A stretch of 64,000 nt of DNA from an uncultured Acidimicrobiia bacterium. Lineage in GTDB: Bacteria > Acidobacteriota > Terriglobia > Versatilivoradales > Versatilivoraceae. How positions within the stretch are numbered: the stretch's first letter is position 1; every line of letters begins with the position of its first letter. The position numbers and the translations under genes are program-made. This document shows positions 34,559 to 45,751 of the stretch, piece by piece. The notes beneath the pieces were generated by a model. The model made no database searches. It was not told where the DNA came from and was given only the letters and a program-made list of their open reading frames with translations. The DNA lies in contig CAWBAT010000006.1 of assembly GCA_963786955.1 (NCBI GenBank), positions 32,001 through 96,000 on the forward strand, read 5' to 3'.

Positions 34559-35811
34559 TCATTCAATCCTGAATAAATGCCCTGCCCCGGGCGCAACCCA
34601 GTTCATTTCATCCGTTGAATTTTCTTCCTTCCCCGAGTATGGGGAGATGTGGATCAGCTTGGCTCCACTCTTTCTTAGAGTGACGTCAAAATGGAACGAA
34701 TTCTTAAGATCCTTATTGACCAACATGAAGTATGGCCGGCCTTGATCGTCGATAAACTCTCCGACAAAGAAGCTGCCCTCAGCCGTACTGGGAATAAGAT
34801 GGGTTTGGGTCGTTAACAGCGATTGGACAACTGGCTTTCGCTAAGAGGCTTCCCGTCGGGAGGAACGCTAGCAGAGTGGTACACTCCCGTACTCTTCAGG
34901 TTCTTGAGAGTGGGCGCCAGAACGTGAATTTCATTATTGATTCGACGCAACATGTCCCAGGAATCCGTCTTGTTTCCAAATTGATCCACCGGTCCCATCC
35001 GAAAATTCCCGATAGGCCAGGTGAAATAACTAAAATACTGAATTCCCCGCCCTCCGTAAGCCATCGTCGCATAAGCCTGAAGGTGGTAAGTGGCATCCGT
35101 GTTCTCCATGTAATCGAAGTGTGCGTTCGACAAGACACAATTCCAAAACGCCACATTGGCCCCAAGGGAAATCTCCCGAATCTTCTCGAGGTTGGCATAG
35201 AAATCGTCAACCATCTTGTCGTTGACGAGGGAATAATTATCATAGCTGAGAAAAGGCTGCTTGAGCGCATCCACTACCAGGCGGACGTATTCCCCATAAC
35301 TCGCGACACCCATTTGATCCTTCGAGGCGCGGCTGGGGAGTAAATTGACGTAGAGAAGTTTACCCGGCATGATTTCTTGAATTTGTTTCGCTACAAGTCT
35401 AAGTCCGGGAATAATCTTCGCCTGAGGTTCATCCCGCAGTACGAATCCAATGACAGCCGGACTATTCCCCACTTCCTTGGCGACGGCTTGAACATTCCTG
35501 CGTACAAGCTCAGGATCTAGCGCTTGTTCGAAATTGTATCCACCGATCCGTGGATCCGAGACAAATACCTGGACTCCTAAACGTTCAAAAAGGGCGAGAT
35601 CTTTAACGGCAGCAAAACCCGCGATGTTGATCCCGGCTTCCTTCATCCCTTGGATCTGCTGGACGTCAGGCGGTATAGGTCCCCAGGCCATGACGACGAA
35701 TTCTCTGGGGGAGACACGTTGTTCTTTGAAGACCTGTTGCGCCAGAAGAATGGAGACCTGACAATGAAGGAGTACGAGACTGAGAATGTATCGTTGTGGT
35801 ATCAAGCGCAT
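34559..35811 (-). CDS. Secreted TIM-barrel glycoside hydrolase-like protein (one frameshift near 34815)
   Basis: Signal peptide; EAGIN, GFVLRDEP, YVNLLP, LSYDNY, AYGGRGIQYFSY; continues as ...FMLVNKDL...APGAGHLFRIE* to 34559. Confidence 0.7.
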
Positions 35812-35894
35812 GAATTGAAGGCCTTGCAATTCTTGAGATGGATAAAAAGACAGACAAAACGATTTCGTCGCAGGCCCGCTGAACTCAGCCGGTG

Positions 35895-37688
35895 CTAGTG
35901 ACTCAAACAGTATTTTCCGGCGTTATTGAGCGCCTGGGCGACCTCTCTCCGCAAGGCAATGAGGTCTATCGGGACGCTTTTCGTAAAGCGACGAAGAGCA
36001 GCCAATTGGATTCTCAACTCATCTCCAACAGAAACAGCTGCCAAAACCGGCTTCACCAGGTTTTCAAGCTGCGGGAATTTCCCGTGAATGCATATTTTCG
36101 CTGCCGTGGTTGGCAAATCCCATTTCGATACCCCATCCCGTTTAATGCCTTTCAGCACGCGTAGCAGGACGCTCTCCATTGCGTAGATTTCAATCACGAG
36201 GTCGCTGAGCAAACAGAGAATTTCCTGTTCTTCAGCGAGTTTCTCGCGGTACTTTTGAGTCGCCACTCCCAAGGCAAGGAGAAACATCTTCTTGGCGTTT
36301 CTGACCATCTGCTCCTCTTGAACCAGCGGACCATCGCTACCCTCTTCCATCGAGGGGGATGATAGAATTTCATCCATCAATTTCTGGGCAGCTTGAAACA
36401 ACCCGAGCTGCCCTTTCATGGCTCTTTTGAGAAGTTGGCCAGTAATCAGCAGCCTATTCACTTCGTTGGTGCCTTCGAAAATCCGGTTTATTCGGGCGTC
36501 CCGGTAGGCACGCTCAATTGGATACTCCCGGCTGTAACCATTGCCACCAAATACCTGGACGCCCTCGTCAACCACAAAATCGAGAATCTCGGTGCTGGCG
36601 ACCTTTATGATGGAACATTCGACCGCATACTCTTCGATCATTCTCAATGCGTCGGCAGGCGCCGACAGACGCTCTTGGTCAACACAACGCATTGCGCCAT
36701 CAATCATTCCGGCGGTGCGGTATACCATACTCTCGGCACAATAAACCCTGACCGCCATTTCGGCCAGCTTGTGCTGGATGGCACCAAATGAAATGATGGG
36801 TTTTCCAAACTGAACACGCTGTTTGGCATACCGGATCGCTTCGTTTTCGGCCCATCGAATCGCTTCCAGCACGCTTGCTCCCAGCTTGAATCTTCCAATA
36901 TTCAGGATGTTAAAGGCGATTTTGTGCCCTTTGCCAATTTCACCCAAAAGGTTCTCTCGCGGGACCTGGGCGTTCTCAAGGATCAATGATCTAGTGGAAG
37001 AGCCCTGTATTCCCATCTTATGTTCTTCTTGACCGGTGGAGACGCCTAGAAAATCACGTTCGATGAGAAAGCAGGAAAATTTGTCGCCATCCACCTTTGC
37101 AAAGGTGACAAAAAGGTTGGCAAAGCCGGCATTTGTAATCCAGCACTTCGTACCATTGAGCAAATAGTGAGTTTCTTCTGGATTTAAAACCGCCTTCGTC
37201 CTGGCGTTCAGGGCATCCGACCCTGCCTCTGCTTCTGTCAAGGCATAGGCAGCAATCCATTCCGCCGTGGCCAGTTTCGGCAAATATTTTTGCTTTTGCG
37301 CTTCGGTCCCAAAGTAGACAAGCGGGAGGATGCCGATTCCTGTGTGGGCACTGAAGGTTGTCGCAAAGGAGCCATACCTCCCCGACTTCTCGGTAATGAT
37401 CGCGACACTAATCTGATCCATTCCTTCTCCACCGTAGGCTTGCGGGATCCCTGCGCTGACGAGGCCGATCTTTGCCGCCCTTTTCATCAATTCCTCATTA
37501 ACCCCTTCCTTCTCCGATTCCATTTCTGCGATTCTAGGAACAACCTCTGTTTCCATAAACCGGGTTGCCGTTTCCGCAATCATGCGTTGCTCGTCGGTTA
37601 GATCCTCCAGTGTAAACACCTCCTCGAGTGGAGGCGACTCCAGGAGGAAACCACCACCCTTCATGATGGGATCGGTTTTCGTTAACAT
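35895..37688 (-). CDS. fadE: Acyl-CoA dehydrogenase (long, Bacillus FadE/VLCAD type)
   Basis: YALTEAEAGSDA, NGTKCWITN, EHKMGIQGSST, LNIGRFKLG, RDARINRIFEGTNEVNR. Confidence 0.95.
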   Translation of the reverse strand: MLTKTDPIMKGGGFLLESPPLEEVFTLEDLTDEQRMIAETATRFMETEVVPRIAEMESEKEGVNEELMKRAAKIGLVSAGIPQAYGGEGMDQISVAIITEKSGRYGSFATTFSAHTGIGILPLVYFGTEAQKQKYLPKLATAEWIAAYALTEAEAGSDALNARTKAVLNPEETHYLLNGTKCWITNAGFANLFVTFAKVDGDKFSCFLIERDFLGVSTGQEEHKMGIQGSSTRSLILENAQVPRENLLGEIGKGHKIAFNILNIGRFKLGASVLEAIRWAENEAIRYAKQRVQFGKPIISFGAIQHKLAEMAVRVYCAESMVYRTAGMIDGAMRCVDQERLSAPADALRMIEEYAVECSIIKVASTEILDFVVDEGVQVFGGNGYSREYPIERAYRDARINRIFEGTNEVNRLLITGQLLKRAMKGQLGLFQAAQKLMDEILSSPSMEEGSDGPLVQEEQMVRNAKKMFLLALGVATQKYREKLAEEQEILCLLSDLVIEIYAMESVLLRVLKGIKRDGVSKWDLPTTAAKICIHGKFPQLENLVKPVLAAVSVGDELRIQLAALRRFTKSVPIDLIALRREVAQALNNAGKYCLSH

Positions 37689-37760
37689 TCACACCCCTAG
37701 TTCACAGAGATATTGACCTTTGGTTATTGGTCTTTTTCCCCAAGATTGGCGAGTTGAAAA

Positions 37761-37795
37761 AATGGAAAATGATAAATGAAGAATGATCAATGTTT
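37761..37795. repeat. Degenerate 7-bp tandem repeat (AATGNNN)x5
   Basis: AATGGAA AATGATA AATGAAG AATGATC AATGTTT. Confidence 0.7.
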
Positions 37796-37809
37796 GTCAT
37801 CCTCGTAGC

Positions 37810-38998
37810 TTACAGAGAGACCAATTCAAAAATTCCGGCAGCTCCCATCCCTCCCCCAACGCACATGGTGACCATTCCAAACTGGGTTTGCCGCCGTTTC
37901 ATTTCATTTAATAGACTAGTGGACAGCTTCGCACCGGTGCAGCCCAACGGGTGTCCCAGAGCAATCGCTCCCCCATTAACGTTTACCCGTTCGGGATCCA
38001 TGTTTGCCTCCTGGATCACCGCCAACGCCTGCGCTGCAAAGGCTTCATTCAGCTCAATAAGGCCGATGTCCTCCAGCCTGAGGCGAGCGAGCTTTAACGC
38101 TTTGGGGATAGCCCAGACAGGCCCGATTCCCATTTCTTCAGGCCGGACTCCAGCCGTGGCAAATGCCAGAAATTTTCCCAAGATTGGCCAACCGCGTTCT
38201 TTGGCTTTGGTTTTGGAGGTTACGACGACAGCGGCAGCTCCGTCACTCATCTGGGAAGAATTCCCGGGCGTGATTGTACCTTTGACGTGGAAGGCGGGCT
38301 TTAGTTTCGCCAGAGCATCCAAGGAAGTGTCCTGCCGCGGCCCTTCATCTTGCACAAAAGGGACGATCGTAGTTTCTTTTTCCATCGTGAGTTGAGCGAA
38401 TCGACGGGAACCTGAAGTGGCATGCGTCTCTACTCTAAACTTGCCTCCTTCTTGGGCTGCAATTGACCTCCGATGGCTCCAAAGGGCAAATTCGTCCTGC
38501 TGCAGACGAGAGATATTGTATTTCTTAACTAAATTTTCTGCTGTCAGCCCCATGCCGAGATAGACATCGGGATAAGACTCAGCGAGATGAGGGTTAGGGG
38601 AGAATTTATGACCGGCCATCGGGAACAAGACTCATGCTTTCCGTACCACCGGCACAAACAATGTCTGCCGATCCACATTGGATCCGTTCGGCGGCGAAAG
38701 CAATAGCCTGGAGTCCAGAAGAACAAAAACGGTTAATCGTAATCGCCGATACTTCTGGAGGAAGCCCGGCAAGCAAACTGGCGATTCGGGCGACATTCAT
38801 CCCCTGCTCCGCTTCGGGCATGGCACATCCGAAGATAACGTCATCTACCTCATCCCCTTTTAATTCCGGAGTACGACGCAGAGCTTCCGCAATGACGGCT
38901 GCGGCAAGAGCATCTGGACGCATGTCTTTCAATGTTCCTTTCTTGGCTTTTCCCACTGGAGTTCTTACTGCCGCGACAATGACAGCCTCTTGCATCAT
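37810..38998 (-). CDS. fadA: Acetyl-CoA C-acyltransferase (thiolase), frameshifted near 38610
   Basis: [50 protein letters not shown]. Confidence 0.95.
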
Positions 38999-39119
38999 TC
39001 ACCTCATGGGACTTTGTTCCATTGTCATTTCTAATTCTCTATGCCATTACTCTTCAGATCAATCGGAGTACGCATTCCTTTATTTTCACATGATCGGTTT
39101 ACGAAAAACTGAGGCAAAA

Positions 39120-39199
39120 CCGCCGGGTGTGGTCACCGGGCCTACACCTTCTTCAACAGTTTCGGGAAATTGTTGTAGGCCGTGTGACCCCAGGCGGCG
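39120..39199. repeat. Pair of GTAG-type REP-like units
   Basis: Minus TGTAGGCCCGGTGACCACACCCGGCGG (39146-39120) and plus TGTAGGCCGTGTGACCCCAGGCGGCG (39174-39199); same family as 62097-62121. Confidence 0.7.
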
Positions 39200-39360
39200 T
39201 TTATCCAAAGACGAAGAGATTCTTAAAGTTCTCTCTTCTGCGAGAGAATCAGCTTGTGGCCAGTTTCTGAATCTGCAAAGTAAAATACGGCAAATTCAAG
39301 TGTCGAAAGAAATCCGCTAAACGAAAAAGGACAAATCGATCAGAATCAATGAAAAGTCTT

Positions 39361-41758
39361 CTAATTACGAAGGGGTTTTCCTTTTTTAAGCATGTATTGG
39401 ATCCGTTCCTGTGTTTTTCGCTCGCCACATAAACTGAGAAAGTTTCTCGCTCGAGTCCAAAATGTATTGCTCGTTCACCTCTTGAAGGCTGTTACAGTCA
39501 CCGCCACAAAGGACGTAAGCCAGCTTTCCGCCTAGCAGGTAGTCGTACTCGCTGATATACTCGCCTCGTCTCAACTGGTGCATGCCGATCTTGATCGTGG
39601 CCAACGCACGATTACCCAGAACCATGATATTAGAGGCAGGAGCGGGCTTCTGGTACCCAGATTGAATCCGGGCTAGGACAACTCTCTTGGCATCCCGAAT
39701 CAAAAATCTCCGATTCATGCTAATCCCATCCCAGTCACTCAGAAAACCCAGATTCCTGGCGTCATACGCGCTACTTCGACACTTTTGCCATCGCTATGGT
39801 CTCAAAGGCCTCACGCAAGTGCACAAAACAATCATCCTCGTCCGTTTTCCGGGCATGGTTCAAACTTCTGAGAAGCATTTCCTTCGTTCCTCCGCCTGCA
39901 GGAATGAGTCCAACTCCCAATTCCACAAGCCCATATAGGCTTCAGCGGCCACTTGGATCACGGTGGCGTGCAGGCACATTTCACATCCACCTCCTAAGGT
40001 CAGACCAAAGGGAGCGACAACAACGGGTCGGGAGGCATACTTGATCGCCATATTCACTTTTTGGAAGGTTCTGATCATGAGATCAATTTCCTCCCAGTTT
40101 TGCTCTTGGGCTTCAAGCAAAATCAACAGGAGGTTCGCTCCGGCAGAGAATTGTTGTCCCTGGTTGCCGATCACTAACCCATAGCTTTTCCTCTTCGACA
40201 AGCTTTAACCCTTCCTCAACCATCTGCAGTGTGTCTCCGCCGATGCTGTTCATCTTCGAATGAAACTCAACACAGGCAACACCATCTCCTAAATCAAGTA
40301 AGCTTGCTCCGCTATTTCGCTTGATCAAGGCGCTCTGTTCTTTCCGGGTCCGCAGATTCACGGTTCCAGGTGATCCATCACTTCCAGGTACTCCTTCGAT
40401 GCAGAGTCGAAAAAAGAAATCGTCCCTTTCGTATCGATCGATAAAAAGTTCAGTTGGTGTGGAAAGCACAGAGTGAACAAGCGGGGGAATTTGGCGTTGC
40501 TCTGCTTGAAGGCGTTGCGCAATATCGCCTACTCCAAACGCATCCCACATCTCAAAGGGGCCCAATTCCCAGTTAAATCCCCATTTCAAGGCATTATCGA
40601 CGCTCACGATGTCATCGGAAATTTCTGAAGATCGATTGGCTGCATAAAGCAATATCGCAGACAAAGTCTTCCATGAGAAAATTCCCTGGACGGTCGCGAG
40701 ATGAATCATGGCTTTCAATCGCTCGGGGATCGATTCGATCGTCCGGATCATTTCCAAAGATGGGAAACTCAACTTTGGGCGCGGCCCATAATTCATGTTA
40801 AAGGATCCAGGCTCAGAATCTCATCTTTTCCTGTCTTCTTGTAGAAACCTTGACCGGTTTTGTCGCCCAGCCACTTTCGCTCAACCATCTGTTCAACAAA
40901 AGACGGCAATGTGAAGAGTTCCCGCTGTTCATCATTGGGCACATTTTGATAGATGTTCCTTGTGACGTGAACATACGTATCAATCCCTACAATATCCAAA
41001 GTCCGAAAAGTAGCACTCTTCGGACGGCCAATCAGGGGGCCCGTCAATAAATCAATTTCATCAATCGTGAAACCCTCATCAACCATATACTTGAGGACTT
41101 GCTGAATGGCAAAAGTCCCAATCCGGTTGGCAATAAAATTGGGCGTGTCTTTTGCGACAACGACTCCTTTGCCGAGCCGCTCTTCGCCGATTCCCTTCAC
41201 GATCTCTACTACTCGCGGATCCGTTTCCCGAGCCGGGATGATTTCGAGTAGCTTCATATAGCGCGGAGGGTTGAAGAAATGGGTGCCAAGCCAATGGCGA
41301 CGGAAGTCCTCACTGCGGCCAGCCGATAATTGTTGGAGTGAAATTCCTGAGGTATTAGAACTGATCAGGCTTCCGGGCTTTCGCACTCCATCAATACGGC
41401 TGAGCAGTGCCGTCTTGATCTCAAGATTCTCTGTAATCGCTTCAATGATCCAGTCCGCCTCGGAGATTCGCTGAAAATCATCCTCAAGATTCCCGATGCG
41501 AATTTCACGGGACCAATCAGGAAGGTAGAAGGCCGGAGGTTTGGCCTTTCGGGCTCTTTCCAGGCCTTGCCTGACAAGCTGGTTGCGAGCTGGAGGGGCA
41601 ACTCGGGAAGGTTCCACGCCAATGTCGCCTAGGTTTACTCCTGCAGGAGTCATGTCATAGAGATCTACAGAAAACCGGGCGTTTACGAAATGAGCAGCGA
41701 TTGGGGCGCCCATGACTCCGGCGCCGATGACCGCAATCTTTTCGATTTCCTTTTTCAT
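39361..41758 (-). CDS. fadN: 3-hydroxyacyl-CoA dehydrogenase/enoyl-CoA hydratase (FadN type), several frameshifts
   Basis: [63 protein letters not shown]; ends [10 protein letters not shown] at 39361. Confidence 0.92.
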
Positions 41759-43554
41759 ACCCGCTCCGCTTCGTTGTAGACCTGCGCAATCAAATCCTTG
41801 TATTTCTCCTCAACGACCCGGCGTCTAATTTTCAAGGTGGCAGTCAATTCGCCCTTTTCAATTGAAAAATCCTCTGCCAACAAAACGATTCTCTTGATTT
41901 GCTCAAATGATGCCAAATCCACCCCCGATTTTTGGATCTCTCTCATGTAATGTCGGTAAATCTGCGGATCTTGAATCAGCTTTTCATAGTCCGAAGTGAG
42001 GAGTCCAAGCGCCTGCGCAGACTGCTTGACTCTTGCTGGATTGGGCACAACAATCGCCGAGAGGTAAGGTCGTCTGTTTCCGACGACAACGACATTGAGA
42101 AAATGAGGGTTAGATTTCAAGAGATTCTCGATTTTTTGAGGGGCCACGTTTTTTCCACTGGCGGTAATGATGATATCCTTCTTGCGATCGGTAACTTTAA
42201 GGAAACCCTCCTTTTCGATCTCACCGATATCGCCCGTGTGGAACCAACCATCTTCCATGACGTCGCGAGACTCTGCCTCCTGACCAAAGTAGCCTTTCAT
42301 GACGGCAGGGCCACGTGTCAAGATTTCTCCGTCCGGCGCTATTTTGATCGACACGTTGTGTAGGGGTAAACCGACCGTGCCAAACTTGAATTGAGAAGGA
42401 CGATTGACGGCGATCACTGGCGAGGTTTCCGTCAGGCCGTATCCCTCAAGAATTAGGATCCCAGCCGAGAAGAAATACTCTGCTAATTCCGGAGCCAATG
42501 GAGCACCGCCCGAGATGAAAAAGCGAACTCGCCCGCCCAGCATGTGTTTCAACTTTGAAAAGACCAATATCTCGGCCAGTCCTTTTTGGAGCTTTAAAAA
42601 CACCGGGACACGGCGGGTGGCGTAGGTCGCTTGATTGAATTGCCTGCCCACATTGCGCGCCCAGGACATCAGCCACCTCCTCAGCGGAGAACTGGCCGCC
42701 ATGGTATCCTGGATTCTGGCGTACATCTTTTCAAAAAAGCGGGGCACACAGGCCACTACAGTCGGTCGTACCTCAAGCATATTTTTCGCAACGGTTTCTA
42801 CACTCTCAGCGTAGGCGATGGTTGCGCCACGGTAAAACATGAGATAATCCACCGTTCTCTCGAAGATATGAGAAAGCGGCAAAAAGGAGAGGGCCACATC
42901 AGAATGATCAATGGTGATCGCTTCTGCACATCCCAATACATTCGCGACGATATTTCCGTGTGAAAGCATGACTCCTTTTGGAATCCCGGTCGCACCGGAG
43001 GTATAAATGATACTAGCGATGTCTTTGGGTTGAACCTGTCGGGGAAATTCCTCAACCAATCCCGGGTTCCGTTGTAAAAAATGAGCTCCCGACGCCACCA
43101 ATTGATTGAATGACAGGACCGGGTGCGAAAGCCCTGCCCTGTTTTCCAGAAGTATGATTTTTTGCAGACTGGGCAGTTCACTGCCAATCGATAAGATATT
43201 ATCGAGTTGCGTGAGGTTCGAAACAAACAGGACTCTCGGTTCACAATCGAACAAAAGCTCGCGGATCTGGGCAAAGGGAAGGGTGGGAGAAAGAGGGACG
43301 GTAATCGCTCCTGCGCATAGGATCGCGAAATCGGCAACCATCCATTCTGGCCGATTTTCAGAAAGTAACCCTACCCGGTCGTTGTTCTGGATACCAAGAC
43401 TGACAAGACCTGCAGCGACAAAATGGACTTCTTCCCGAACCTCTTCTGCTGAAACAGGTTCATATTTTCCGGCGCGCTTTGTCAAAAAAGTATTGTTCTT
43501 TTGGTGGGTCTGAGTGGCATATTCAAATAGGTCAACAAGGGTTTCCACGCGCAT
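41755..43554 (-). CDS. fadD: Long-chain fatty acid-CoA ligase
   Basis: IYTSGATGIPKGVMLSH, GYGLTE, GWFHTGDIG, DRKKDII; overlaps the fadN start codon. Confidence 0.93.
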   Translation of the reverse strand: MRVETLVDLFEYATQTHQKNNTFLTKRAGKYEPVSAEEVREEVHFVAAGLVSLGIQNNDRVGLLSENRPEWMVADFAILCAGAITVPLSPTLPFAQIRELLFDCEPRVLFVSNLTQLDNILSIGSELPSLQKIILLENRAGLSHPVLSFNQLVASGAHFLQRNPGLVEEFPRQVQPKDIASIIYTSGATGIPKGVMLSHGNIVANVLGCAEAITIDHSDVALSFLPLSHIFERTVDYLMFYRGATIAYAESVETVAKNMLEVRPTVVACVPRFFEKMYARIQDTMAASSPLRRWLMSWARNVGRQFNQATYATRRVPVFLKLQKGLAEILVFSKLKHMLGGRVRFFISGGAPLAPELAEYFFSAGILILEGYGLTETSPVIAVNRPSQFKFGTVGLPLHNVSIKIAPDGEILTRGPAVMKGYFGQEAESRDVMEDGWFHTGDIGEIEKEGFLKVTDRKKDIIITASGKNVAPQKIENLLKSNPHFLNVVVVGNRRPYLSAIVVPNPARVKQSAQALGLLTSDYEKLIQDPQIYRHYMREIQKSGVDLASFEQIKRIVLLAEDFSIEKGELTATLKIRRRVVEEKYKDLIAQVYNEAERV

Positions 43555-43658
43555 AGGACTTCTTAGATTGTGGGGATCTGCTCACTGGAATGAGGACAAT
43601 ACTCAGGTCTCAAGTTGGACGACGTTGGGGAGATTAACGCAATCGGATCGAGTCAGGT

Positions 43659-43689
43659 CTCAGGCCGCACCCGCGCGATGCGGCCTGAG
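43659..43689. terminator. 11-bp GC-rich hairpin downstream of cytochrome c gene
   Basis: CTCAGGCCGCA-N9-TGCGGCCTGAG; no clear U-tract in the minus direction. Confidence 0.45.
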
Positions 43690-43713
43690 CTTAATTTCAG
43701 GATAAATGTGTCG

Positions 43714-44142
43714 TTACTTCTTATGGGCTTTATGACAGGCACCGCAAGCACCGGTGACCGTCTTAAAGGACGTTCGCGCTGCTTCGAGATCTTTCTTATC
43801 CAAAGCGGCCAATACACTGGCGCTTCCTTCTTTCAATTCTTTAGCGGCATTTGCCCAGGCCGCATCCGGACACCGTCCGTCCTCCATCAACAAATAACCC
43901 ATTTCATTCAGGACGGAAGCTTGGCACATTGCGGTATCCCATGCCTTCTCATCCGCGGGTCCGGAACCTTTTAAAGAGGCATCCAAACCGGCACACATCG
44001 GCTGATTGACTGCTCTCATCAAGTACTTTGTTGCGGCCGCTCGAGTTTGGCCTTTCTTAATTTGCGCACTCAGACTCATTCCCATTACAAGAACAAGTCC
44101 CACCAGCATGAGCCACAGCGTCACTCGATATCGTTGTTGCAT
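43714..44142 (-). CDS. Exported class II-like cytochrome c
   Basis: GGAGG RBS, signal peptide, helical body, C-terminal CGACHKAH; three extra Cys. Confidence 0.85.
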   Translation of the reverse strand: MQQRYRVTLWLMLVGLVLVMGMSLSAQIKKGQTRAAATKYLMRAVNQPMCAGLDASLKGSGPADEKAWDTAMCQASVLNEMGYLLMEDGRCPDAAWANAAKELKEGSASVLAALDKKDLEAARTSFKTVTGACGACHKAHKK

Positions 44143-44312
44143 GAATCCACCTCCACAGTGATTGTTATTGAAATATTGAATTTAGGGGAACCTCTTGAAC
44201 TTGGGTGCTGAACAATATTTCAAATATCACAGATTAATGCGGGCGGGCAAATCTAATTTCACTCGGGTGAGGTAATTGGCACCGAACAGATCAGAGATTC
44301 GTTACAAGACTC

Positions 44313-44477
44313 TCAAGCATTGTTTTCACAGCTATAGTCACACGCTTCCCGGCAATCTTTGCAGTAATAATATCCATCCCCACAGAGCCGGATCTGGTAG
44401 TCAGTCTGACAAAGCACACAGAACCTGTCACATTTACAATTTTCTTCAGTTTCTGTACACAAATTGCATTTAAACAT
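44313..44477 (-). CDS. 54-aa cysteine-rich microprotein (not in ORF track)
   Basis: AAGGAG (44489-44484) then ATG 44477; MFKCNLCTETEENCKCDRFCVLCQTDYQIRLCGDGYYYCKDCREACDYSCENNA*; 11 Cys. Confidence 0.85.
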   Translation of the reverse strand: MFKCNLCTETEENCKCDRFCVLCQTDYQIRLCGDGYYYCKDCREACDYSCENNA

Positions 44478-44702
44478 CTATTTCTCCTTGTAGACCTGAT
44501 GGATGAGTCTCAAGGTGTAGCTGAGCTCATCGGACCCTATCATGTATACAATCGGTCGGTTCAGCATTTTACTTTTGCAAATTAGAAATTGGAATTCCCG
44601 GTCGGACTACTCAATTGGAATGTCGAGGTATAAGGTGTTTCAGTAGGGACTCGATTCGTGGATTGCAAGTACTGCTCCTCCACCTTGATATCATGCCGCG
44701 TT

Positions 44703-45383
44703 TCATGCACGGAAATGGTGGGACACAACTATGGCACAAAATGTAGCGAAGGCGAGGAGAATGAAGCCAAAGGTCCCGTTGACGAGGCGGAAGAAGCTCG
44801 GGCCGAGGCGATGGGGCATGAAGCGAACAACTAAGGTCAGCGTGGTGAACCAGGTCATCAGGCCGGCGGCGGCCATCAGGATTCCCAATTCGGGAGCTTT
44901 AGAGCCGAAGATGGAATGGGCGAAAGGGAGCCAATTCGATGTGACACCAACCCAGTAAATCATTGTTGCTGGGTTCAAAAGGGTCAGGGCGATTCCGGCG
45001 GCGACGTCTGCGGTCAGATGCGCGGGGACAGTGCCTTCGTCCCAGCGTTTGCGAGCACCGGCGTAGGCGCGGAGTGGTTCCTTGACGGCGCGGAAAAGAA
45101 AGTAGACACCCAGCGGAAGTAAGACAATTACGCCGATAGCCGCGAGGACCGTCTGGAGAGTCTGGTTAGACAGGTCGCTGAAGAGGTATTGACCACCGAG
45201 GAGGGACAGGGAGAAAAGGATCAGATCTCCGGCAACCGAACCGATTCCGCAGGCAAGGGTATGGCGCCAGCCGCCGATCATGCCGCGGCGGACGGCCAGC
45301 ATGTTGACCGGGCCCATCGGCGCTGCCGAAGCCAATCCCATGAGGTATGCGCCCGCAAGTACGTGGACGTTGGAGACAAACAT
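44703..45383 (-). CDS. LysE-family exporter
   Basis: APMGPVNMLAVRRG...G..GSVAGD, LTLLNPAT..YW; hydrophobic throughout. Confidence 0.85.
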   Translation of the reverse strand: MFVSNVHVLAGAYLMGLASAAPMGPVNMLAVRRGMIGGWRHTLACGIGSVAGDLILFSLSLLGGQYLFSDLSNQTLQTVLAAIGVIVLLPLGVYFLFRAVKEPLRAYAGARKRWDEGTVPAHLTADVAAGIALTLLNPATMIYWVGVTSNWLPFAHSIFGSKAPELGILMAAAGLMTWFTTLTLVVRFMPHRLGPSFFRLVNGTFGFILLAFATFCAIVVSHHFRA

Positions 45384-45751
45384 ACAATGACCTAAGATTG
45401 GTAAGCTAAGACTGTTTCATGGCTTGATGGTCAGCGCTCGAGCCAATCCTGCTCCCGCATTGTAGTGGCCATTTATGATGTCCATCTTATGAGCAGATCA
45501 TCGATTCGGGTAAGCTTAAACCGATTTCACTACCCGCCCGGAGTCCTGTCCGATGCGGCCACGTGCAAAGCTAGGTCAGCTCTGTTGTAGAGACCTTCCT
45601 CACTAAACAGATTTTCCTCGCACAGTCTTCCCTGAAACAGACCCTAAAGAATATCTCATTTGCTCGCAAGAGGGGGGAGTAATCAGGCCAATCGGGGACT
45701 ACGATTCAAGCAGAAACTCAGGAAATTATAAGCTATGATATCTTTATCCGA

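Noticed and set aside
34546-34745. Genuine 190-bp overlap of convergent hydrolase and glycoside hydrolase genes
   Set aside because: The plus-strand extension after ...EKYLGWP is not family-like and is best explained by an indel hiding the true stop
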